Shown here: positions 8,172 to 18,107 of the stretch, one piece after another
How the letters are laid out: each line of letters opens with the position of its first letter
Numbering within the stretch: position 1 is the stretch's first letter
Assembly: GCA_015664425.1 (NCBI GenBank)
Contig: DQQH01000258.1
Location: 9,359 to 73,358 of the forward strand
Direction of reading: 5' to 3'
Origin: Planctomycetota bacterium
GTDB taxonomy: Bacteria > Planctomycetota > UBA8108 > UBA1146
DNA length: 64,000 nt
The notes under the pieces: generated by a model
The model's database searches: none
What the model was told of the DNA's origin: nothing
Seen by the model: the letters and a program-made list of their open reading frames with translations, nothing else
Program-made: the position numbers and the translations under genes

Positions 8172-11054
8172 ATGAGCGTTGAACCCAATCCCGGAGATAA
8201 CCTCTGGGAATCGATGGGCAAGGTCGGGTTCAGGAGCGGTCCCGACGCGGCTTCTTCCGGGCCAGATCTCGAGATTCTCCCCGACGGCGGGTCCCTCGAG
8301 GGCCATCCCTACCGCAGTTTTCTCCATCGCCTTGAACGGCCGGCGAGATACACGGGGGGAGAGCTCGGAGCGGTCGAGAAGGACCGCGCCGATCTCTCGT
8401 TCCTGCTGGCGTTCCCGGACGTCTACGAGATTGGCATGAGCCACCTCGGGTTCAAGATCCTCTATAGCCATCTCAACCAGGCCGAGGGGGTTCGGGCAGA
8501 ACGGATGTATGCTCCCTGGCTCGATCTCGAGCAGGAACTCCGTTCGCGCCAATTGCCCCTCGTCAGCCTCGAGAGCTGGAGCCCGATGACAGCCTTCGAT
8601 GTGGTCGGTTTTTCCCTCCAGTACGAGCTCACCTTCACCAACGTGCTGACGATGCTTGACCTCGGCGGAGTCCCCCTCAGGAGCGCTGACCGCGATGAAG
8701 ATGCCCCGCTTGTGATGGCTGGCGGGCCATCAGCATTCCAGCCGGAGCCGATCGCTCCCTTCATCGACGCCTTCCTCATCGGCGATGGAGAGGGGTATTT
8801 CCTGGAGACGGTCCGGGAGTGGAAGCGCCTCGAGAATGAAGGTCTGTCACGTCGGGAACGCCTCATCGCCATCAGCCAGCTCGATGGTATTTACGTCCCG
8901 GCTCTCTACAGTCTGCGCCTCGAAGAGCTCACCGGCGTGCAGGTGGTCGACCGTCCCGTCGATGAGAGAGTGCCGGAGAGGATCGCGAGAGCTCATGTTG
9001 CCGACATCAACGATTTCCCTTTCCCCACCGATGGTCCCGTCCCCAACACCGAAGTCGTCTTCGACCGCTCCTCGATAGAGATTGCACGGGGTTGCACCGA
9101 GGGCTGCCGCTTCTGTCAGGCGGGAATGATCTATCGGCCGGTCCGGGAACGGAATCCCGAGGATATCAAGACGGCAGTGCGCGACTCGCTCAAGTGCGGA
9201 GGCTTCGATGAGGTCTCATTGACCAGCCTCTCGACAGCAGACTACTCGGCGATCCAGCCGCTGGTGAGCGACATCATGCCGGAATTGAGGGACCAGCGCG
9301 TGGCGCTATCGGTCTCTTCTCTCCGGGCCTACGGTCTCACCGATAAGATGCTCGATGAGATGGCTTCGGTCAGGAACACGTCTCTCACCTTCGCACCGGA
9401 GGCGGGAACTCAGCGGATGAGAGACGTCGTCAACAAGAACATCTCGGAGGAGGATATCGCCAAGAGCGCCCACCGCATCTTCTCGCGCGGTTGGCGGAAG
9501 ATGAAACTCTACTTCATGATCGGTCTGCCGTCAGAAACGGATGAAGATGTCATCGGAATTGCCGATCTCGGCAAGCGGATGCTCGACATCGCTCTCGAAT
9601 ACCTTCCCCGCGGCAGAGCGAAGGTGACCATCTCCGTTTCCAGCCACGTCCCCAAACCATTCACGCCCTTCCAGTGGGCAGCTCAGGACAACAGCGAGGA
9701 GATCGAACGCAAGCACGACATCCTCCGCCGCACGACGCGAGTCAAGGGGTTGGAACTGCGCTGGCACGATCCGAACACCTCCTTCCTCGAAGGGGTTCTC
9801 GGGCGAGGTGACAGGGTCCTCGCCGATGTGATCGAACTGGCCTGGAGAAAAGGGTGTCGATTCGATGGGTGGTCCGATCGCCTTCGTTTCGAACTCTGGC
9901 TCGAGGCGCTCGAGGAGTGCGGTATCGAGTACGAAAAATACCTTGGAACCATCCCGGTCGATGCGAGGCTTCCATGGGACCACATCGACTGCGGAGTGGA
10001 GATGGGTTTCCTTCTCAAGGAGTACCGCAGGTCACTCAAGGATCGCACCAGCCCTCCCTGCGGAAAGCCGTTCAGAAAACTGACCCACCACACCACGCTG
10101 GAGGACGCTCTCGAGGAGAAGAAGCGTCTCGTATGCTTCGACTGCGGAATCTCTTGCGACATGACCCGGATGAAAGAGGAACGCATCGGTTTCCTCGAAA
10201 AACTCGGGTCCCATCGCTCGGGGGATCGATCCAGGACGATTACCGAGGATACCCTCGACGATGTCCGCGCGGCTGGCCACAACCGCCGGAACGAGAGAGG
10301 GACCGGAGGCAAAGCGGTTCCCTCCCACGTGGACTTCCAGGATCGTCCCTACTTCAGGTACCGCCTGAGGTTCGCAAAGTTCGGGCAGGGGCGATTCATC
10401 AGCCATCTCGACCTCAACCGGATGGTGCCTCGAGCCCTCAGGCGAGCGGGGTTCGCCCCCGCATACTCCCAGGGGTTTCATCCGATTCCCAAGCTCTCCT
10501 TCGGTCCTCCCTTAAAACTTGGGCTGGCCGGATTCTCCGAAATGGTCGAGGTCAGAATCCACGATCAGGTCGATCCATCCCAGCTGGTCGAGGCGCTCAA
10601 CAGAAATCTACCCGAAGGAATCCTGATCCGTGGAGCGCACTCTGTCGGTGAGGCGGCGCCGAAACTCTCCCGCATCACCTCGTGGGCGGACTACCTCGCC
10701 TTCATTCCCGCAGACCTCGCTTCACGGATCGGCGACGATGCTCTCGGGGAGTTGCTTGCTCTCGGGGAGATCTTGATCGAGAGAACCGACAAGAAGGGAC
10801 GACTGAAAAAGGTCGATTTACGTCCAGGTATTTCGGAAATTCGCTGGCTCGACGGTATGCCTGCAGATCTCGAAGACCTCGCCGAACTGGGGAAAGATCG
10901 AAGGTTGTTGCAACTTCGCCTGGCCCTGGAGGGAATGCTGCTGGCGCGACCACAAGAGGTGCTGGCTCTTTTCCTCGACGCCCCCCTCTGCGAGGGGATA
11001 GAAATCGTAAGGCGAAGGCTGATGCCCGCTCCTGCTGCTATCGAGGTGACCTAG
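8172..11054 (+). CDS. Radical SAM protein, TIGR03960-type N-terminal part fused to a TIGR03936/DUF2344-type C-terminal part (about 960 aa)
   Basis: CTEGCRFC is a CxxxCxxC radical-SAM cluster motif inside a B12-binding-like plus radical SAM core. The C-terminal third resembles DUF2344. The ORF opens earlier at 8049, but the ATG at 8172 (MSVEPNPG) fits better. Confidence 0.7.
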   Translation: MSVEPNPGDNLWESMGKVGFRSGPDAASSGPDLEILPDGGSLEGHPYRSFLHRLERPARYTGGELGAVEKDRADLSFLLAFPDVYEIGMSHLGFKILYSHLNQAEGVRAERMYAPWLDLEQELRSRQLPLVSLESWSPMTAFDVVGFSLQYELTFTNVLTMLDLGGVPLRSADRDEDAPLVMAGGPSAFQPEPIAPFIDAFLIGDGEGYFLETVREWKRLENEGLSRRERLIAISQLDGIYVPALYSLRLEELTGVQVVDRPVDERVPERIARAHVADINDFPFPTDGPVPNTEVVFDRSSIEIARGCTEGCRFCQAGMIYRPVRERNPEDIKTAVRDSLKCGGFDEVSLTSLSTADYSAIQPLVSDIMPELRDQRVALSVSSLRAYGLTDKMLDEMASVRNTSLTFAPEAGTQRMRDVVNKNISEEDIAKSAHRIFSRGWRKMKLYFMIGLPSETDEDVIGIADLGKRMLDIALEYLPRGRAKVTISVSSHVPKPFTPFQWAAQDNSEEIERKHDILRRTTRVKGLELRWHDPNTSFLEGVLGRGDRVLADVIELAWRKGCRFDGWSDRLRFELWLEALEECGIEYEKYLGTIPVDARLPWDHIDCGVEMGFLLKEYRRSLKDRTSPPCGKPFRKLTHHTTLEDALEEKKRLVCFDCGISCDMTRMKEERIGFLEKLGSHRSGDRSRTITEDTLDDVRAAGHNRRNERGTGGKAVPSHVDFQDRPYFRYRLRFAKFGQGRFISHLDLNRMVPRALRRAGFAPAYSQGFHPIPKLSFGPPLKLGLAGFSEMVEVRIHDQVDPSQLVEALNRNLPEGILIRGAHSVGEAAPKLSRITSWADYLAFIPADLASRIGDDALGELLALGEILIERTDKKGRLKKVDLRPGISEIRWLDGMPADLEDLAELGKDRRLLQLRLALEGMLLARPQEVLALFLDAPLCEGIEIVRRRLMPAPAAIEVT

Positions 11055-11077
11055 AGGCCCGAATCTACAGGAGGATA

Positions 11078-11314
11078 TTACCCGCAATCATTTCCGATCG
11101 CTTCGACGGGACATTCCTCCATCGCCTGTTCGCAGAGCTCTTCTTCCTCAGGATTTTTGGGCTGCTTGAAAACGTATGAATAACCCTCGTCCTCGTTCGC
11201 TCGGAAATTGTCGGGCGCGGTCGTGCGACAGAGGTCGCAATCGATGCATTCATGGTCCACGTACCATTTACCCTCGACATTTGATTCGACCTTGTTTTCA
11301 GGATCAGCCATCAT
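11078..11314 (-). CDS. Small 4Fe-4S ferredoxin
   Basis: MMADPENKVESNVEGKWYVDHECIDCDLCRTTAPDNF...CEQAMEECPVEAI carries CxxCxxC...CP. Only the C-terminal 79 aa of the 205-aa ORF look like protein. Confidence 0.75.
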   Translation of the reverse strand: MMADPENKVESNVEGKWYVDHECIDCDLCRTTAPDNFRANEDEGYSYVFKQPKNPEEEELCEQAMEECPVEAIGNDCG

Positions 11315-11567
11315 GATTCTCCCGGAGTTGTCGACAGTCCGTGGCCCTCTCTGCAGCGATCTCTCCTCGCGGGCGATTGCCAGGAGGTCCGAGATAGAGA
11401 ACCAGGTGGTCGAGAGTATAGAGGGGGATGACCATCTGGCAAGGGCTGCAAGGAAGGGAATCGGTTCCCATCGGTTGGTCTCGGTGGCGGACAGTTCCTC
11501 CCTTGGGTATCTTCGCACCTCGCGCTCGAATTGGGACCGGTTCAAAGGTCGATAGAGAAGGACTCCG

Positions 11568-12398
11568 ATGAAGGTCACCATCGCACATAGCCCCGATTCC
11601 GATGACGCGTTCATGCACTTCGCCATCGGCGAGGGAAAAATCGATACCGGCGAATACCAGTTCGAACATCTGCTGAAGGACATCGAATCCCTCAACCTCG
11701 CGGCTCGGGAGGGAATCTACGAGGTCACTGCGATCTCGATTCATGCTTATGCCCATCTTGCCGACCGTTACGCGCTTCTCAACCACGGAGCGAGTATGGG
11801 TGAGGGGTACGGCCCCGTGGTGGTGGCGTCTCGACCCTTGACTCGCGATGATCTCGAGGGGCGAACGATTGCCATCCCCGGGGAGTGGACCAGCGCTGCC
11901 CTGTGCCTGAAGTTGTGGCTTCCGGAGGCGAAGACGATTCCTGTTGCCTTCGATGAGATCATTCCGACGATTCAGCGGGGGGACGTCGATGCTGGGGTGA
12001 TCATCCACGAGAGCCAGCTCACCTACGGAGATGAGGGCATGCACGCGATCGTTGACCTGGGAGTCTGGTGGGCAGAGGGGAACGAGGGCCTACCTCTCCC
12101 CCTGGGAGGAAATGCGATCCGTCGCGATCTCGGGGAGCACCACATCGGTAACATCTCGAGGATTTTGCGCGAGTCGATCGTCTATGCCCTCGAGCATCGG
12201 GATGAAGCCCTCGAGTACGCAGAGTGTTTCAACCGTGGGCTCACCCGGGAGCAGACGGATCGTTTCGTTGGCATGTATGTGAACCGACGGACCCTCGACT
12301 ATCGGGAAGACGGTCGCGAGGCTGTGCGTCGTTTCCTTCGCCTAGGTGTTGCCCAGGGACTGGTCCCGGAAGTGGCGGCACCGGAGTTCATCGACTAG
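11568..12398 (+). CDS. MqnA/MqnD-family menaquinone (futalosine pathway) biosynthesis protein, most like 1,4-dihydroxy-6-naphthoate synthase MqnD
   Basis: 276 aa. N-terminal MKVTIAHSPDSDDAFMHFAI resembles the MqnD SPCPNDTF motif, and the length fits PF02621. Confidence 0.65.
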   Translation: MKVTIAHSPDSDDAFMHFAIGEGKIDTGEYQFEHLLKDIESLNLAAREGIYEVTAISIHAYAHLADRYALLNHGASMGEGYGPVVVASRPLTRDDLEGRTIAIPGEWTSAALCLKLWLPEAKTIPVAFDEIIPTIQRGDVDAGVIIHESQLTYGDEGMHAIVDLGVWWAEGNEGLPLPLGGNAIRRDLGEHHIGNISRILRESIVYALEHRDEALEYAECFNRGLTREQTDRFVGMYVNRRTLDYREDGREAVRRFLRLGVAQGLVPEVAAPEFID

Positions 12399-12424
12399 CA
12401 CGTCCCTTGTGCTGGAGAGGCCCG

Positions 12425-13792
12425 ATGGCTGAGAGTGAGCCTCCCCCGACCGGCTGCACGACCACCTTCTGGGGGTGGGGTGGAGTCTCCCGTGGGGAGA
12501 GTTTCTTTCATGACCAGCTGGCAGCGGAAGTCCTCTGCCAGCTGGTGAGGGAAGTGCCCACTGCCAGTTGGTTGCCGCGAGGCGCAGGGTGTAGTTACGG
12601 CGATGCAGCCCTCAACAGTTCCGGCACCCTCCTTCGTCTCCTGGGCAGCGAGAGAATCGAACTCGACAGCGATGCCGGGCAGGTTCGCGTCGGGGCGGGA
12701 ATGCGCCTCGGAGATCTCCTTTCCCGGTTGGTCCCCCTCGGCTGGTGGGTCGGAGGGGTTCCCGGGTTTCTCGACGTCACAGTCGGCGGGATCGCTGCCG
12801 CCGACGCCCACGGCAAGGATCATCTCGGTTCCGGTTCCTTCGGTGACCAGATCGAGGAGATCGATCTGGTCACCGCCGATGGCTCCCGGAGTCGAATCAG
12901 TCGAAATCGCGATGGCGAGCTCTTCGCTGCGACGATCGGCGGGATGGGGCTCACTGGCCAGATCACCCGGCTTCTCCTGCGCCTCCAGAAGTTGCCTTCT
13001 GCCTGGATGGTGCAGACGAAGAGGAGGACGGAGACCCTGACGGAGACCTTCGACAGGCTCGAAGAGATGCTCGCTGAACACAGCCATGTCGCCGCGTGGA
13101 TCGATGGGATGGAGAGGGGTAAAAATCTCGGAAGGGGGGTCGTCTCCGGGGCCAATTTTGCAGAACGGTCGCTGCTCTCCTCGATCGGTTCAGCACGCCA
13201 TTTCAGGTGGCAGCCGACTCGACCGTTCCCGCTGGTCCCCGCCCTCTCGAGTGTGTTCACGGCACGAACGGTCCGCTGTTTCAATTCCCTCAGATGGAGT
13301 TTCTCTCCATCCGAAAAGAGAGAGGGTCTCCGCCCCATCGCCCAGGCTCTCTTCCCTCTCGAGTCCCTCAAGAGATGGAACCGACTCTACGGAGAGGCGG
13401 GCTTGTTCCAGCACCAGTGTGTTTTACCGAGGGAGGTCGCCCCAGAGGGGGTCGAGGAGATCCTGCGCACCCTTCATGAGAGCAAAAACCCGCCTTTCCT
13501 GGTGGTTCTGAAGCGTCTTGGTACCGGCACCTTCCCCCTCTCCTTCCCCCTCGATGGCTGGACTCTCAGCTGTGATCTTGCCGCCTCTCCTTCGAGCGAG
13601 GCAGTGCTCCGAGTTCTCGATGAAAGGGTTGCCGCCCTGGGAGGAAGGGTCTATCTCGCCAAGGACTCGACACTGACTCCCGCACTTCTGGAGAGGATGT
13701 ACCCTCGCCTCGGAGAGTTGCGTGAGGTCAGGAGAAGGGTCGATCCCGAGGGGAGGCTCGCCAGCGACCTCTCCCGCAGGCTGCGAATCTGA
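12425..13792 (+). CDS. DprE1-like FAD-dependent oxidase (decaprenylphosphoryl-beta-D-ribose 2'-oxidase family)
   Basis: Block-by-block similarity to M. tuberculosis DprE1: GWGGVSR, GCSYGDAA, VTVGGIAAADAHGKDH..GSFGD, ELFAATIGGMGLTG, WNRLYGEAGLFQHQCVLP, GRVYLAKDS...VRRRVDP. The equivalent of DprE1 Cys387 is conserved (GWTLSCDL). Start is the ATG at 12425 inside the longer ORF. Confidence 0.75.
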   Translation: MAESEPPPTGCTTTFWGWGGVSRGESFFHDQLAAEVLCQLVREVPTASWLPRGAGCSYGDAALNSSGTLLRLLGSERIELDSDAGQVRVGAGMRLGDLLSRLVPLGWWVGGVPGFLDVTVGGIAAADAHGKDHLGSGSFGDQIEEIDLVTADGSRSRISRNRDGELFAATIGGMGLTGQITRLLLRLQKLPSAWMVQTKRRTETLTETFDRLEEMLAEHSHVAAWIDGMERGKNLGRGVVSGANFAERSLLSSIGSARHFRWQPTRPFPLVPALSSVFTARTVRCFNSLRWSFSPSEKREGLRPIAQALFPLESLKRWNRLYGEAGLFQHQCVLPREVAPEGVEEILRTLHESKNPPFLVVLKRLGTGTFPLSFPLDGWTLSCDLAASPSSEAVLRVLDERVAALGGRVYLAKDSTLTPALLERMYPRLGELREVRRRVDPEGRLASDLSRRLRI

Positions 13793-13817
13793 GGTCGAAA
13801 CAGCCGAACCCCCGGGG

Positions 13818-14621
13818 TCAGAAAGTCACCGAGACTCCGAAGAAATGACCGTCGAGGTCGAGGTCGACCCTTGCCGGGGAGTTTTCGACCACCCCATCGA
13901 AGAACAGACCGATGCGCCGCGTGCCGATGATGAGTTCGCTGTTTTCGTTGATGCTCCATTGGGCGGTGAGTTCCACGTCGACCAAGCCGATCTCGTAGTC
14001 GGTCACGCTGTCGAGAACGGGAATGGAGACCTCTGCCCCGACTCGGGTTCCCAGCGGCAGATCGATGTCTCCCCTGGCTCCGATGACAGGAACGGGCAGC
14101 AACTCATCAAGTTCACGAAACGCATCGGATCCGGTGGTGTCATCGACGCGCAGATTGACGAGGAAGGTGTTCAACCCAACGACGACCGCAACGCGGACAT
14201 GTTCGCTGCTGAGGAGATCGAAGCCGAGTGTTCCCCGGATGCTTCTGAGGTCGAGATCCGAAGCGATATCCCCGGTGAACTCTGTTCCCAGGAAATTTCC
14301 GGTGAAGGAGCCCGGGGAACTGGTGTTGTAGTCGAAGGCGGTCAGGCGCAATTCGAGTGGCGCGATTCCAGCGGAGAATTTCAGGTAGGGGAGGTTCTTG
14401 TTGCCCGTAATCCCACCTTCATTTCCGAAGTGGAAAACACTGCTGATGGGCAAAGTGGAAGTGGCCTCGGTGTCGGCAGTTCCCTCGAAGTTGAAGTGGG
14501 AGTGGACAACGGCTGCCTCGGCGTGGAGCCCGATCCAGGGGGAGTCGCCAGGTAGGCTGCAGGAGCAACAGAGGAACGGCAGGAAGATGATCGCCAGCAG
14601 CGGAAAACGCCTGGTTTTCAT
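13818..14621 (-). CDS. Outer-membrane beta-barrel protein with signal peptide
   Basis: MKTRRFPLLAIIFLPFLCCSCS signal follows RBS GGGAGG. Alternating beta-strand pattern and a C-terminal ...VSVTF aromatic terminus. The internal ATG at 14621 was chosen. Confidence 0.5.
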   Translation of the reverse strand: MKTRRFPLLAIIFLPFLCCSCSLPGDSPWIGLHAEAAVVHSHFNFEGTADTEATSTLPISSVFHFGNEGGITGNKNLPYLKFSAGIAPLELRLTAFDYNTSSPGSFTGNFLGTEFTGDIASDLDLRSIRGTLGFDLLSSEHVRVAVVVGLNTFLVNLRVDDTTGSDAFRELDELLPVPVIGARGDIDLPLGTRVGAEVSIPVLDSVTDYEIGLVDVELTAQWSINENSELIIGTRRIGLFFDGVVENSPARVDLDLDGHFFGVSVTF

Positions 14622-14770
14622 CGAACCTCCCGGGTGTTGGATCGCGAATCGAGGGAGCGCTCCTTCTAACCCAGGGAAGCGCCAAACGCCACCTCCCAGG
14701 GTGCTGGGCGGTGGCCTCGAGAACGCCAAGGGGCTAGGATGAGTGGATACCAAGGGGAGGATCGCCGTCG

Positions 14771-17700
14771 ATGATTCAACAGGCTGAATTCGGGCCCGCC
14801 AGCCTGTGGGCAGGCCTCCTTATCCTCAACTTCCTGGTCACGCCGAACTCGATCGATGCTGGCGAGGAACAATACGAACAATTCGAGCGCGAAGTGCGCC
14901 CCCTCTTCGTCGAGCATTGTTACCGCTGTCACAGCCTCAGCTCCGGAAAGCAGAAGGGGGGATTGCTCCTCGATTCCCGCGATTCCCTCCGCAACGGAGG
15001 AGACAGCGGTTCTGCCATCGTCGAAGGAGACCCCGCCGCCAGTCTGCTGATCAAGGCGGTCAAGCAGTTGGACCCGGACCTGTCGATGCCTCCTGAAGCC
15101 AAACTTGCCCCATCTGAAATCGTCGCGCTGGAACGCTGGATTCTCTCCGGTGCTCCTGATCCGCGGGACGAGTCAGCGGCAGTGGTGGTGAAGAAGGAGA
15201 TCGACTGGCAAAAGGCTCGCGAGCACTGGGCTTTCCAGAAGATGGCAGACCCCCAGCCGCCGTCCCTCGCCGCCGACGAATGGTCCCGTGACGCTATCGA
15301 TCAGTTCGTTCTCGCACGGCTGAGAGAAAAGGGACTTGCTCCTGCTCCGGGTGCCAATCGGCGGACCTTGATCCGCAGGGCGACCTTTGATCTGGCGGGG
15401 CTGCCTCCAACTCCCGAGGAGATCGATCATTTCCTCGCAGATGACCAGCCTGGAGCGTTCGAGCGCATCGTCGACCGCCTGCTCGCTTCTCCCCGCTACG
15501 GCGAGCGCTGGGCGCGCCTCTGGCTCGATGTAGTCCGCTACGCAGATTCCAACGGCCTCGACGAGAACCTCGCTTATGGCAACGCCTGGAGGTACCGGGA
15601 CTACGTCATCAACGCCTTCTCCAGCGATATTCCCTTCGACCGATTGGTGCTGGAGCAACTCGCAGGAGACCTTCTGCCGGTTCCCGATGACATCGAACGC
15701 TGGAAGGGTCAGCTGATTGCGACCGGGTTTCTCGCCATGGGCCCGAAAATGCTCGCAGAACAGGACAAGGAAAAGTTAGCCATCGACATCGTCGATGAGC
15801 AACTCGACGTGACGGCGACAGCATTCCTCGGCATGACTGTCGGATGCGCTCGTTGCCATGATCACAAATATGATCCGATTCCGACCCGTGACTACTACGC
15901 TCTCGCCGGTATCTTTCGCTCTACCAGCACGATGGAGAACTTCAACCACGTCTCGCGCTGGCGGGAACTCTCCCTGGCGACGGCGGATGAGGTCGAGGTG
16001 CGCAAGAAGTGGCAAGTCGAGATCGATGTCGCCCGCAAGAGAGCCAAGGAAATCGAAGCGGACCTGGCGGCAGGACAGCTGGGGCGCTGGCGCAAGCATG
16101 CCGCTCAGGACCTGCTCGCTGCCTCGAAGGGACGCAAGAGCGCGGTTTACTTCGAGGCGGAGAGTGCAGAGAAGACAAACCTTCACATCGATTCGAGCCA
16201 CTGGGGTTCACCGGAAGTCACCATTCTTCACACCACCAAGGGGGGTGAGCAGTTTGCCCGCTGGTCGGTGGAGATCCCCCACTCGCGGCGCTGGCGCCTC
16301 GATATTCGCTATGCATCCAAGGAGAGTCGCCCGATGCGCCTGTTCATCGATGGCGAGCAGATTGGTGATCCGGTTCTGGGGTCGAAGACAGGAGATTTCT
16401 TTCCCAAGGGTCAGCGCTGGGAGCAGGTCGCGACACTCGACCTCAGCAGCGGTATCCACCAGCTGGAATTGAAGGGAACAGGGGCTTCGATACCCCATCT
16501 CGATCGCCTCCGGTTCGTCCCCGCCGGCGAGAAGGACGCCACGACCTGGCTCCCTTCTGACACCGGCTCCAGCCCGCCGGCGGTTGTGGCGGGCTGGATC
16601 GATTTCCTCGATCGATCCTCACGCCAGAAGGACCCGCTCTTTGGCACCTGGTTGCGCTTCCTGCAGCTGGAAGAGGGTGGATTCGTCGATGGGGCTCGGG
16701 AAATCTGTGACGATGTCTCCGCCGAGCTGGCGGCTGGCAGCGATGGGGTCTCTCCCCTTCTTCGGCTGGTCGTCGATGGCCTGCCTCCCGAGAGCCTGCG
16801 AGAGGCCGCGGGGCGCTTTCAGGGGGTCCTCTCTGCCCTCGACCTGGCCTCGGAGAAGCGGCCAGTTGGCAAGGATGGAAAGAAGGCAGCAACCCTTCAG
16901 GACCCCGAACTGGAACGACTGAACGGCCAATTAATCGCGCCAGGGGGTCCCTTCGGGGAACCTCTCGCCCTCGGAGAGAAGGCGATCCCGGCTGAGATGA
17001 GGCAACCGCTCGAAGAGGTGCGTGGGGAGATCACTCTTCTGGAAGAATCGGAGCCCGATCCCATCTCGACGGCGCTCGGGGTTGCCGACGGTAAGGTTGG
17101 CGACCTGCCGGTGCACATTCGTGGGAACCACTTGAACCTGGCGAAGGAAGTGACGCCGCGGGGTGTGCTCGAGATTATCTCCCACTGCGTCCCCACACCG
17201 GTCTTCGGAGGGGAGGAGAGCGGTCGACTGGAACTTGCTAGATGGATAGTTCACGAGGAGAACCCCCTGACCGCCAGAGTCATCGTCAACCGGATCTGGC
17301 AGGGCCATTTCGGCACCGGAATCGTCGAGACTCCATCGAACTTCGGATTCCGTGGTGGGACCCCCAGCCACCCGCTCCTTCTCGATCGCCTCGCTCGCGA
17401 TTTCATCTCCGATGGTTGGTCCCTCAAGAGACTGCACAGGAGGATCTTGCTCTCTGCCACGTGGCAGCAGGAGACTCGGGTGAACGAGCGCGCCAGAGAA
17501 ATCGACCCCGGGAACCGTCTCCTCTGGAGCCAGAATCGTCGTCGACTCGAGGCGGAACTGGTTCGTGACGCGCTGCTCGCCATCACTGGTGACCTCGATC
17601 TGGCGATGGGCGGCACTCTCCTGCCAACAGCCAATCGTGGCTACGTCACAAACGATCAGTCGGGAAACCAGGCCAGGTACGACGCCCCCCGAAGGGCGAT

Positions 17701-18103
17701 CTACTTGCCGATCATTCGCAACGCCATGTTCGACCTCTTCAGTTCCTTCGATTTCAATGACCCATCCGCGCCGATGGCACGTCGCCCCTCCACCATCATC
17801 GCCCACCAGGCGCTCTTCTTCCTCAACAGTCCTCTGGTCCTCAGTACCAGCGAACGTCTCGCGAAGGAATTGCTCGGCCTGGAAATTTTGGACGCAGCCG
17901 AGCGCATCGATTGGCTCTCGGAAAGATTGCTCGGGAGGCGAGCGACGGCAGAAGAAAAGCAACGGGCCGAACTGTATCTCGCGGCTGCGAGAGCGGCCCT
18001 TCTCGGTGAGGCAGGCGAAGAGGAGGAGAAAGTGGATCTCTCTCTCTGGCAGAGTTACTGCCAGGCGGTCCTCGCTTCCAATGAGTTCATCTACTTCGAC
18101 TGA
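14771..18103 (+). CDS. Planctomycete-type PSCyt1 / PSCyt2 (DUF1549) / PSD1 (DUF1553) multidomain protein with an inserted beta-sandwich domain
   Basis: N-terminal haem-binding-like CYRCHSLSSGKQKGG, central GCARCHDHKYDPI and C-terminal PSD1-like segments. 1110 aa. Confidence 0.8.
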   Translation: MIQQAEFGPASLWAGLLILNFLVTPNSIDAGEEQYEQFEREVRPLFVEHCYRCHSLSSGKQKGGLLLDSRDSLRNGGDSGSAIVEGDPAASLLIKAVKQLDPDLSMPPEAKLAPSEIVALERWILSGAPDPRDESAAVVVKKEIDWQKAREHWAFQKMADPQPPSLAADEWSRDAIDQFVLARLREKGLAPAPGANRRTLIRRATFDLAGLPPTPEEIDHFLADDQPGAFERIVDRLLASPRYGERWARLWLDVVRYADSNGLDENLAYGNAWRYRDYVINAFSSDIPFDRLVLEQLAGDLLPVPDDIERWKGQLIATGFLAMGPKMLAEQDKEKLAIDIVDEQLDVTATAFLGMTVGCARCHDHKYDPIPTRDYYALAGIFRSTSTMENFNHVSRWRELSLATADEVEVRKKWQVEIDVARKRAKEIEADLAAGQLGRWRKHAAQDLLAASKGRKSAVYFEAESAEKTNLHIDSSHWGSPEVTILHTTKGGEQFARWSVEIPHSRRWRLDIRYASKESRPMRLFIDGEQIGDPVLGSKTGDFFPKGQRWEQVATLDLSSGIHQLELKGTGASIPHLDRLRFVPAGEKDATTWLPSDTGSSPPAVVAGWIDFLDRSSRQKDPLFGTWLRFLQLEEGGFVDGAREICDDVSAELAAGSDGVSPLLRLVVDGLPPESLREAAGRFQGVLSALDLASEKRPVGKDGKKAATLQDPELERLNGQLIAPGGPFGEPLALGEKAIPAEMRQPLEEVRGEITLLEESEPDPISTALGVADGKVGDLPVHIRGNHLNLAKEVTPRGVLEIISHCVPTPVFGGEESGRLELARWIVHEENPLTARVIVNRIWQGHFGTGIVETPSNFGFRGGTPSHPLLLDRLARDFISDGWSLKRLHRRILLSATWQQETRVNERAREIDPGNRLLWSQNRRRLEAELVRDALLAITGDLDLAMGGTLLPTANRGYVTNDQSGNQARYDAPRRAIYLPIIRNAMFDLFSSFDFNDPSAPMARRPSTIIAHQALFFLNSPLVLSTSERLAKELLGLEILDAAERIDWLSERLLGRRATAEEKQRAELYLAAARAALLGEAGEEEEKVDLSLWQSYCQAVLASNEFIYFD

Positions 18104-18107
18104 TTGG

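Noticed and set aside
11315-11695. The N-terminal roughly 125 codons of the 205-aa minus-strand ORF that ends in the ferredoxin
   Set aside because: Only the last 79 residues resemble a 4Fe-4S ferredoxin. The upstream part lacks protein-like character and would intrude into the divergent promoter region of the Mqn gene.
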